Assembly: GCA_051942245.1 (NCBI GenBank) | Contig: JAVECL010000241.1 | Span: 1 to 33,791, forward strand | Source of the DNA: Trypethelium eluteriae | Taxonomy: Eukaryota | Direction: 5' to 3' | DNA length: 33,791 nucleotides | Shown here: positions 1-9,800 of the stretch, piece after piece | Layout: each line of letters starts with the position of its first letter | Numbering within the stretch: the stretch's first letter is position 1 | Program-made: the position numbers and the translations under genes | Notes under the pieces: model-generated | Database searches by the model: none | What the model was told of the DNA's origin: nothing | Seen by the model: the letters and a program-made list of their open reading frames with translations, nothing else

Positions 1-1335
1 CCAGGCGAGGATGCGGATGTCGGAGGGAAGGACGCGGTTGAGCATTTCGATGTAAGGGAGTTCGCTTTTGATCGGGTCAAAGTTGTGGCGGGCGGTCTGA
101 GGCTTGCTCATAAGTGGAAGATCGTGGGTAGGAGGAGCATCGTTCATAGCTGTGTCTTCCATCTCGACGACTTTTTCGGCGAGAGTGGGTGTTTTGGCTG
201 GAGGGGGTGGCTCGGCTGGGGGTGAGTCGGGCTCGAGAGACCGTTTGCGAGGTTGGGGATATTGAGTGTCAGAGGTGTAGGGTGGAGGATTGGGGACTCT
301 ACCAGAGACGGATCAGCGAGGCATGTCACTTGGTGTTGTTTAAATGTAACTACATACTTCTAGCTTGTCGAGCTACGCACGAGCGGACGTAAGGGACAAG
401 CAGAGACTGACAACACGCTGAATAACTTGGAACTTGTATGAATTGCAACTCGAGATTGATTGTGAAGGAAACTGTCATCTTACCGTTGGTGCAGAGGTCC
501 GCTGCTCCTCACTCTCAACCCAACTACTTGCCCAAAGGCACTTACACCCTTATCCGTCCTACCACATTTGGAAAATTCACATCCCCACCAGCTCATATCA
601 GCATCAGCAGATGTTAGGGGAGTTCCATCCTTCGTGGTGGGAAATATGAGCTTCGTCTTCATCAAAGCCTTCCATAGCTCTTCTTCAATAGTAGTCAAGG
701 GCGTCTTATTATTTGCATGATGCTCAAGGCCATTGTACCTCTCTCCTAAATACGCAAACTTCAGTGCTATCAGACGCGTCGCATACCTACTGGGATCGAA
801 GACGCGAGGAGTGGATTTGCCTCGCTTAGGATGAGAAGCAGGAGGAGCAGAAGGACGCGTGGGGGAATTCGTTGGAGCTGTCGTGGAGGCCAGGCTACAA
901 ATTTGCCAATTTAGCGATCTTGCTGCATTCAAGCACGAACCGGCAGATATGCCGGGTGAAAGGATATCCCGACGGAACGCACCTCTGCGAATTGTGCTCT
1001 TCCAGCTTTCCTTCCAACTCTGCAATGCGCTCTCGTAGCTGCGCGTGGCTCCAAGCCGAGTAATCTGTCTGCCCTCCTTCCATGTCGGTGTTGGGAGGCA
1101 CTTTGGGGTGACTATGACGTATTTCCCTGTCCACTGAAGATAAGCTTCTAAGCGATGTTGTCAAGTTCCTGATTCGCACGTGCGTATGCATCTGCGTGTG
1201 CGTCTGCGTGTGCAATGCCGGGTCTTGGAAGAGCCGTTGAGCCCATGAAAGCCTAGGCTGCTGTAGCACTGAACCGCTGGACAGTGGAGATCTTGGTGCT
1301 ACGCGTGCGAACCGGTGGGAGCAATAAGAGCTCAT
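1..1335 (-). CDS. DEG1: tRNA pseudouridine(38/39) synthase, TruA family (runs off the window edge at its 3' end)
   Basis: Exons 1335-983, 894-484, 298-<1; introns 982-895 (GTGCGT..TAG) and 483-299 (GTAAGA..TAG) keep the frame. Motifs IALKFAYLG, CGRTDKGVSAFGQV (TruA catalytic Asp) and ELPYIEMLNRVLPSDIRILAW. A second in-frame ATG lies at 1083. Confidence 0.93.
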
Positions 1336-1400
1336 CAGATATCGTCATGCGGCTGTAGCCATGTCGGCCGAGTGCTAATTATTGTTGGACTGGCGCTTCA

Positions 1401-2048
1401 GGTCGGGGGAAAAAATTATGGGCAGGGTCTCGGCGCTTTTGCTGAGGCGCTTGCTCTGATCGAGGATGGCTTACTTAAGAGGCCGATTAGAGTGATAATG
1501 TCCGAGAAACGGTGGCCCGAGGGCTTGCCGCCCAAAAGCCTCTCCCGGATTAGTCGAGATTGACGGGGGAGTTCTTGAGGAAATTTTCAGCGGTCAACTT
1601 CGTCAGGGTAGACCACAGCGTAAGAGGGTGGCACGGTGTGGCACGTTTTCGACAAGGAGAAACGTTGGGACTGTTGTGGATCGCGCTTGCACAAACGACA
1701 GGTGCAGATGCACTAACGACGGTGAATGGCACTGCACAAAAGCATGCGCGCTTTAGCCAAGTACATAAATATTGCTAGGTGAATGGGAAGTACCGAAGGC
1801 CCTGACGTAAGGTACCCGGGTGAAAAGTGGTGCACCGGTGCGTAGGTAGGCACTGTACCTTGAGGACGGGCAACTCTGGCCGAGCATATGATAGGGTACC
1901 GTTGCCAACTCAGTGGTCCTGCAAGCAATCACTGAGAGGGTCAAGGCGTGCAGAACGATCGATAGATCCCTAGTTAGCTTGGAACTTTGGTAACGAGCCG
2001 CTCTATGATGACCAAGGACCGTGGAGCTTATGTTTGATTGCCCCGGTC
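1401..2048 (+). ncRNA. Large structured ncRNA, best interpreted as RNase MRP RNA (NME1/RMRP homolog); ends approximate
   Basis: Closing helix 1401-1408/2041-2048 (GGUCGGGG/CCCCGGUC). CR-IV-like UAGUUA at 1971-1976, followed by a P2 3' strand (GCUUGGA 1977-1983, pairing with 1428-1434 or 1501-1506), one A, a P19 hairpin (1985-1991/2011-2017) and a CR-V-like ACCGU-GGAG-CUU-A (2018-2030). The latter can form the P4 pseudoknot with AAG(CCU)CUCC at 1536-1545. P3-loop-like GC-UUAC...AGUGAUAAU-GU at 1469-1501. G.U pairs favour the + strand. Motif comparison is to yeast and human MRP RNA as recalled. Confidence 0.6.
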
Positions 2049-2119
2049 GAAACGCGTCTCACAGCGGATCAAAGGAAGAAATACATGGCCGGAAACAAAA
2101 CTGAAAGAGATTAGAAAGG

Positions 2120-2137
2120 AAAAAAAAAAAAAAAAAA
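2120..2137. repeat. A18 homopolymer
   Basis: 18 consecutive A, about 70 nt downstream of the structured RNA candidate. Confidence 0.95.
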
Positions 2138-2621
2138 CAGATACTGCTGCTCATTCGTGCATGCGTATTGGCATGCGGCTCACCTGTCAACAGGACAACC
2201 TGGCAGCGCACGCCATGTGGGAGTGGGTATGAACTCTAGATAAGGTATGGGATCGCCGACGATGCATCAGCCAATAGATTGATTCCGGGTATCCTAAAAG
2301 TGGAATCTATCAACCAATTCCGTTTATCGAAACGCCAAGACGATCTAAACCCTGCCCATCTATCTATATCCCTGTCGATACTATCTATAATCCATGTCCT
2401 CTATCATGTCCACATTTCATTTCTCCAAAATTTTTCCAGTCTATCCGAAGGCCCGACCCACGTCGTTATTAATCAATCATGCTTCTGAAGGACTTCTATA
2501 CGGCGTGTTTGCGCTGGCCTAGAACCACCTTGTCTGCGCCGATCAACCCCAACGACAAGGGCCTTCCGTAGGCAAACATTCGGAGAGCAGGCCGGGTTTG
2601 CCCAAAGATTTCAGGGTCCAG

Positions 2622-4649
2622 CTACGCGAGCCAATATTGCAGGATGAAGACGGCCAGGGTACTTGCAAACATGTGAAACCAAGTGGGAGTAGCTGTCGAA
2701 GTTGCCTTGCCCAAGGGCGTACGACTGGGAATTGGACTGGATGGGGAAGAAGGTGGAGATCCCCCGGGCGTAATAAAACCAGATGTCGTAGGAACCGTCT
2801 TAATTGTCCCACACATGCCTGATCCCGCCAGCAGCTCGGTGGGATAGAACACCTTGGGGAGTCCCTGACCCATGCGGACCTCGAGTGTATTTGAGTTGTC
2901 GACTGTAGTGTTGGTACAGCCGAGAAGTTCCGTAACGTCCATTCCAGCCGTGTAGCCAGTTTCTGTAGCGGAAAGCGAGAGTGTGTAATTCGAACCGAAT
3001 ACGCCGAGATTGCTAAGCACGGTAATGATCTGGCTCCCGTTGTAGCCTTTTCGCATGGCTAGGGTATGGAGATCTTGGTAGATGACATAATTGTTGTACG
3101 TCGTGTAGTTTGTCGAGCTGAATATAGCTTGAGTGCGAATCTGGTTGAGGGTTTGAGTGAATGTGTACAGCGTCGCTGAAGTATTGTAACTGGTCGTCCA
3201 TAGAGCTTCCCTGTTGTATGGAGTACCATTGCCGCTCAAGTGCTGCTCTTGGCCTTGGTAGACAATTGGGATCCCGTCTGTTAGCAAAGTATAGGCGAGA
3301 ACATTTTTGGCGAGCTTTCCAGATATCAAGGTCAGCAAATAAGGAATTGGTTCATTTGTGCTGCGGGTAGTTGCGTACCGACATATCATCCGTAGTAGAT
3401 GCGAATCTTGGGACATCGTGGTTTTCTGAGAAGCTGCCCAGAGTGGTCGGATCCTGACAAGTCATCTTGATTCCATTGATCTGGTCGACCAACTGTCCGA
3501 TGCTTCCAGTCGGCGACTCGAAAGCCCGGATAAGAGGAAAGTATCTGATGTGCATTAGCAGGAAACCCTTCCGAATGACTGTAAACCCCGCTCACGTAGG
3601 ATAGTTCAGGATACTACCGATAGCACGTTCATAGCCACACGCAACAGAAGTGAGACCGTCCATGAGCTCTCCGGTTGCGAACACACCCGAGGAAGGGACG
3701 AATTTATCAAAGAACCCTGGGTCGACATTTAACGCAGAGTCTATTCGCAGACCATCCACTACACCGGAACAATTAGCACTATAAGACGAAACTCAATCTT
3801 TGCGTACCACTGTAGTTGGCGACCAAGCCTTGAATCCATGACGTAAATTCATCGATAATATCGTCGTCCTCGGTTCGTAAATCCGGGAGAGTAACCTGAT
3901 CATCGCCAAGCCAACACTGCGCAAGGTGAGTTTACGATATGCATAAAGTTTAAAGTTAACCCACGTCCTGAATGACCGAATCATTTGCATCGGTATAGTC
4001 CTCGATTAAACAATAAGGATGATAATATTTTGGATCATTGAAAGGGGTGAAATCGCTATAGTTGATCTGGTTTTCTGGTCCATCCCACGCAAAATGATTG
4101 ACGACAACGTCGACCATTAGGTACTGGAGTCACGTGATGGTGTTACCAAGGCACAAGATGCAGAAAAGGTTCACTGTCTCACCATTCCCCGCTCGTGTAC
4201 CGCGCCAGAGAGCGACTGCAGGTCTGAGACGGTCCCAAAATGCGGGTTGAGCTCGAAAAGGTTCTGCTGCCAGTAGCCATGGTAGGACGAGTAATCTGGA
4301 GTGTACTGCGGGAGCTGTTGTGTGATTGGCGAGATCCAAATCTTTTAATAGCCGTCAGTGAGATGCTGCAGATATGTACGTCCAGAACGAGACATGCGGG
4401 GAAAGTGCATACAGCCGAAAAACCCAAGTTCTGGATGTAGTCGAGCTTGTCGATGATACCTTGCCAGCTTCCGCCACAGTATTGGCCCTTAGCGGGATCA
4501 CAGGGTTCCGCTTCCGTGTTATTTGAGACTGCGAAACGGTCTGTAAAGACTTGATAGATGGTTCGTAAGCGCCAATCGTCGGCAGTGGCTGCAGAGCACA
4601 AATGAAACGAGGAGAATGCGGCGAGCCAAACAGCAGTCAGGAATCGCAT
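2622..4649 (-). CDS. amyD: Secreted, probably GPI-anchored GH13 alpha-amylase / 4-alpha-glucanotransferase (AmyD/AgtA-like)
   Basis: 7 exons: 4649-4413, 4341-4183, 4123-3965, 3916-3808, 3758-3596, 3544-3379, 3314-2622. Signal peptide MRFLTAVWLAAFSS; WRLRTIYQVFTDRF; YHGYW; regions I-IV DVVVNH, DGLRIDSALNV, GELMD, FSENHD; GIPIVYQGQEQ; S/T/P-rich linker and hydrophobic C-terminus. Head-to-head with an ags gene. Confidence 0.9.
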
Positions 4650-5408
4650 TGTCGTAACGTGAAGGCACAGCCAGGAAAAAAAAGAAAGAAGGGAAATCAT
4701 TCAGACCAGCGCAATTCAATTGCGAACGCCACGAGGAAGGATCATTAACGAGATGCACCTCAACTGTTGAGAGAAGAAGGAGACGACTAGAGTAATAGTG
4801 TGCTGTTGACGATCAGACCCTAGCTGCTTCCTAAAGATTTTGCTATCGGTTTTCGAGGAGGGCAGTGGTTGACAGCAGGGTAGCGATAGGGCTAATGATG
4901 GTTAAGCAAACTGCCTTGGCCGGGTGGCCGTCACTCAAAGTGCACACAGTGGGACGCCATCGTAGGACAACAGGATCTCGCTGCCAAGTTGGTCAGGGAT
5001 GCCCCGATGGTTTCTTGGTCTTGGTACCCGTCTAATTTCCACTTTGGAACGGACGAAAAAGCATGTCTCTGGGATCAGCAAATCGAGGACTCAGGTAAAT
5101 TCGCGGGTCCACTATTTTTATCACGATGACAGCAGCGTACAGATGTAACTGCCGGGATGCCGAGAAGCGTTTCGGCGGCCCATCGCTCCGTTATTCTTTT
5201 GGGATTCGATCGTACGAAGTAGGATCGAAGACCATCTGAATTGGGGCAGTCGTGGCTCAGATTGCCGCGGGCAGAGAAGGATGGAAGAATGTCAGTGGTT
5301 GAGGTGCTAGCATTCCGGGATCATGCAAGACCTTGTTCGGAGAGCATCAGGAGCTTATCAAGGGGCCCAGGGAATCCGTTTTCGTGGCACTGAGCCGGGG
5401 CCTGCAGT

Positions 5409-5439
5409 CTCTAGTGGCCTCTAGTGGCCTCTAGTGGCC
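5409..5439. repeat. 10-bp tandem repeat (TCTAGTGGCC)x3
   Basis: Three exact copies at 5410-5419, 5420-5429 and 5430-5439 in the amylase/ags divergent intergenic region. Confidence 0.95.
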
Positions 5440-6884
5440 CTTCCGCCACGGTTGGGTAGTTTGACGTGCATTGAGCCACTCAGAGGCCGGCGGGACCGGA
5501 GCTTTCGGAATTACCCTCGGAGGCGCTGGACGATTTCGAGAGACGAATCGGTCCGCTCTTGCCTGTTCCTCTGAGCGGACGCCTCTCAGCCCCCGTGCCT
5601 GCAGATCTGAGATTTTCTGGCGCGGGAAGGGCTTGCAGGGGCGCGCCGATTCGAAACAGCCTGCGTGGGCACCCTTGAGCGGGAAGCCGCTGCTTATCTT
5701 TACCTCACGCTTCGACGTAGATACTACTATCCATTGCTCTCACCCTTTAATGATGATCCACAAAGCCCGCCGCGTCAGCGGCATGACTATCTCATCCCAA
5801 GGAGCGTGGCTGAACCCAATTTGAACCTTCGAAACCCTCCGAAGAGGCCGGGCGGCTCCTCCCCCCTGGAGCCGGCTTCTGTGCGGCGAGCGAAGGTCGA
5901 AGAGAGTGGAATGTATTAACTATCGGTGATCCGCAGTGGGCATTAGGAATTATTGCGCTCAGCTGCTGTCCGGTCACCAGGTAGGCTAAGGTGGTTCTGG
6001 TAGGGGACCGGGAGTGAGACTGAATGTTGACCTGTTAGTGCTACACTTGATGTAATCCATGCACGGCTCGCGCTGGTATGGCGGGTATGGGTATTCTGTA
6101 GCTACTGACTTCATCGCACATCGCATCGGTGGCATCTTGGCCAGCTCCAGCACCGCCCCAGCGACAGCGCATCGCACACCTCGGTGCCTCGTCGCTCGCC
6201 TCGAGGTCATACATAATCGCATGCAACAGCCGGCGGGACCTGCATGGAGCGGCGGCGGCGACCGTTGTCGACGTGCATCTGCAGAAGGGGCAAGCTGCGT
6301 AAAGCCTAATCACGCTTTGGGGACGCGCCTTCCTAGCTCAACCGCAAACGCACTTCGAACCCCGGGTACGAGGCAGGTAGGCAGCGCACTCAGAAAGCAA
6401 TATGCGCTAACGCCATGTGGCCAAGAGCTCTCAGCGCCAGTTCGGCTGGTCCTGGATGCCAATCACCCCCATCACCCCAATTGCAAACCTCCCGCCAACG
6501 CGCTGCGGGCCGGCTTGGGTAGGCTCTCGCTGCTCTTGGTGGGAAGCACCCTAGCCAGATCCCAGATTCTCTAGACGAAACGGGGACTAATTGAGTGCAA
6601 CCAGCTGCTCAGCGCCCGGTCCACCATTTTTCGTACCATGATCGAACTGATGTCGAATTTCCAGGGTAGCTCAACGCTCACTTTCGCCGCCATGTGTCGC
6701 TCTTTTTCTTAACCTATTTCTCCCGCCCAATCTCACGGTTTCCGGCATTATCTTTTTCCTGTTGTCTCTTTTTCCTTCTTTAGTGGTGCTCGGGCAAAGC
6801 TTCGTTCCCAGGTCTCAGACGCTTCACTGGCTCTAGTAGCCTTGTCGTAGCTGAGAGCTTTCCTGAAACGAAACGCTGTACAAC

Positions 6885-9800
6885 ATGCACGCTTTCTTGC
6901 CCTGTGTGCTCTCTTGCCTTCTCGTTTCAATATCTGCACTCCGTTACGACCCGACCGAGGCGCCATGGAATCTCAATCAGAACGAAACCGCGACTGACCC
7001 TCTCGACTATTACGGCAGCTGGGACAATCACACCTACACACCGTCCCCACAGAATTGGCGTTTTCCCTTCTACAGTTTCTTTCTCGATCGGTTCGTGAAT
7101 GGTGATGCTACCAATGACAATGCAAACGGCACCGCTTGGGAACAAGATCCTACCGGTACGCAACTGCGTGCCGGTGGTGATATCACCGGCCTGCTCGACT
7201 CCATTGACTACATTCACGGTCTTGGCATCCGAGTAAATATTGATCCTCAAAAGTCTTCCGGCTGTCCATGACTAACCTGACCCCAGGGTATCTACGTTGC
7301 TGGCAGCTTGTTCATGAATTTGCCCTGGGAGTCGGATTCGTACAGTCCCGTTGACCACACTCTTCTTGACCATCACTTGGGAAACATTACTCAGTGGCAG
7401 GAGACAATCGCTGCTCTTCATGCCCGGGGCATGTACATCATCCTTGATAACACCATGTCAACGTGAGTTCAAAGGAGCTTGTTTACCAGCTTCTAGTTGA
7501 TGGATCGCGTATGGATACTAATTTGCTGTAGCATGTCCGATCTCATCGGTTTCGTAGGCCATTTGAACGACACTGCACCATTCTCATTCAGTGAATACGA
7601 TACGATCTGGAAATCTAGCCGTCATTACTCGGACTGGAGTCCAAGCAACAATTGGGAGCCGGAGTGCAGCTACCCGTATCCAAGGTTTTGGGACCAAGGC
7701 GGCCACCTGATTAATGACAACAACACGCAAGCCATGGTAGGCTGTATGGACAGCGAATTCGACCAGTATGGTGATGTGACTGCTTTTGGCACCTATACCG
7801 AATGGCAAAAGGAGCTCTCAAAATTCAACTTTGCTCAAGATCGTCTTCGAGAGTGGCGGCCATCCGTGAGAGAGAAGCTGGAGCATTTCTCCTGCATGAT
7901 CATCTCAGCACTGGATATCGATGGTTTCCGTATGGATAAAGCTTTGCAAATCACTGTCGATGCCCAAGGAAACTTTTCTGCTGCTATGCGTGAGTGTGGG
8001 CGTCAACATGGCAAGAATAACTTCTTCATCGCTGGTGAAGTTGTCAACGGAAATGCAAATGGTGCCATCTATCTTGGTCGAGGCAAGGAACCATCCATGG
8101 CTTTCACCTCTGTCGGCGAGGCCTACACTACGGTCAATGTATCAAATGCGACCGACTACGTCCGAGACCCAGGCCAAAATGCTCTCGACGCCGCCGCATT
8201 TCACTATTCCACGTATCGAGGGCTTATGAGGTTCCTCGGGCTGGACGGTGATTTGCTTGCAGCCGACGACACTCCGGTCAACTTTTTTGATTCTTGGAAC
8301 CAGATTGTCCTCACGAACGACCTGTTGAACCCGAATACCGGGACTTTTGATCCGCGACATATGTATGGTGTCAGTAACCAAGATGTGTTCCGATGGCCTG
8401 GTATGACGAACGGCACGCAAAGACAGATGCTCGGCGCATTCGTCACCACGCTCGAGATGCCCGGAATCCCACTTATGTCTTGGGGCGAGGAGCAAGCGTT
8501 TTACACACTTGATAGTACTGCCGCCAACTACCTCTACGGACGTCAGTTCATGGCTTCTGCACAGGCATGGCAGATGCATGGATGCTACAAGGTTGGTGAT
8601 GGAAATCTGAACAATGCGCCTCTGAACAGTTCTCTTTCTGCCTGTGAGGACGATTCCGTCAGTCTCGACCATCGTGACCCTTCACATCCCGTCCATAATT
8701 TCTACAAGTCACTCTTTGAGCGTCGTACTCAGTATCCCGTGCTGAACGATGGCTGGGTCCTTCTTGAGCTCTCCAAGCAGACCTTCAATTACACGCTTCC
8801 AGGTTCTTTTGGCGTCCCAACCGAGACTGGTATCTGGAGTGCTGTTCGAACATTGTACAATGAGAGCCAGGATTTCACCGGCATCGGACAGGGAAATCAA
8901 AGTGTCTGGCTAGTCAGCTCCAATCAAAATCAGTCAAGAACATTTGAATTTGATTGCAGCCACAACGACACGGCTCTAATTGCGCCATTTCCGGAGGGGA
9001 CAACGGTAAAGAACTTGATCTATCCCTACGATGAATGGACACTGCAGCAGTCCCCTCAGCAGCTTGGGCTCAACGGATCGACGGATTTCAACGGATGTCT
9101 CCCTTCTATGAATATGACGTTATACGGATTCAAGGCATTTGTACCTATTGACACCTGGGTGCCGTCATCGCCCGTTATCACGAAAGTCTCGCCCGGCCAT
9201 GATCAGCGCATACTCTCCAACGTGAGCAGCACTGAGCAAGACACAGTACCCATCGAACTTCGCTTCTCGGAATTGATGGATTGTGATTCCGTGAGGAATT
9301 CTCTGAGTCTCTCATCCGATGTTGAGGATGGATCTACAGCTCAACTCGACCGCAACAGCATCAATTGTCTTACCACACTCGATGTCGACGCACCTCCATT
9401 CTACGGCACTGTTCCGACTGCTTGGACTTTCACAGCCAATCTCGTTAATGTATCAAATGGTGTTCATACCATTACCATGAACAACGCTACTACACAAGGC
9501 AAGAATTCGTCTACAAAGTCTGTCGATCACTTTATGTTCCGTATTGGTCAGTCTGACAATCCGATGGTCTTCCCAACTTCTGCAAATTACAGTTCGACGC
9601 TTCTCTTCCAGGGCGGCAATACGAAACGGGATAGCACCATTGGTTCCGGATCTTACATCGCTCACAAAGCCGCTGGTGCGAATAGTTTCCGATACAGTAC
9701 AAATTGGGGCTCTTCGTGGAGCGATTGGATGCCTTACACCGGAGGCAATACTACAGTCCAGGACCAAACATGGAGTGGCACCAAAGCCCAGGAATGGTCT

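Noticed and set aside
1315..1778. Overlapping short + strand ORFs suggesting a frameshifted gene
   Set aside because: Non-ATG starts, no recognisable protein, and better explained as chance ORFs in a structured RNA.
2049..2058. Minimal hammerhead ribozyme half GAAACGCGUC
   Set aside because: No CUGANGA core correctly placed before stem II.
1547..2070. Group I intron (P4-like UUGACGGGG/CUUCGUCAG) or group II domain V (GAGCCGCU/AGCGGAUC)
   Set aside because: No consistent P6/P7/J8-7 core, no domain VI, and no host exon context.
2001..2109. Box C/D snoRNA (AUGAUGA 2005-2011, CUGA 2101-2104, 4-bp CUCU/AGAG stem)
   Set aside because: I could not recognise any rRNA/snRNA antisense element, and the C box lies inside the P19 hairpin of the better-supported MRP-like model. 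Not fully excluded.
1577..2114. RNase P-like CR-I GAGGAAAUUUUCAG pairing with ACAAAACUGAAA
   Set aside because: The 3' UUA is displaced by 4 nt, no P1 or P2 fits, and the CR-I-like stretch sits in a local hairpin.
2345..2353. Telomerase-template-like CUAAACCCU
   Set aside because: It would template TTTAGGG rather than the usual Pezizomycotina TTAGGG, and it lies downstream of the structured region with no pseudoknot or CR4/5 after it.
5471..6574. ORFs of 61-171 aa in the amylase/ags spacer
   Set aside because: No domain similarity, codon bias or convincing splice structure.
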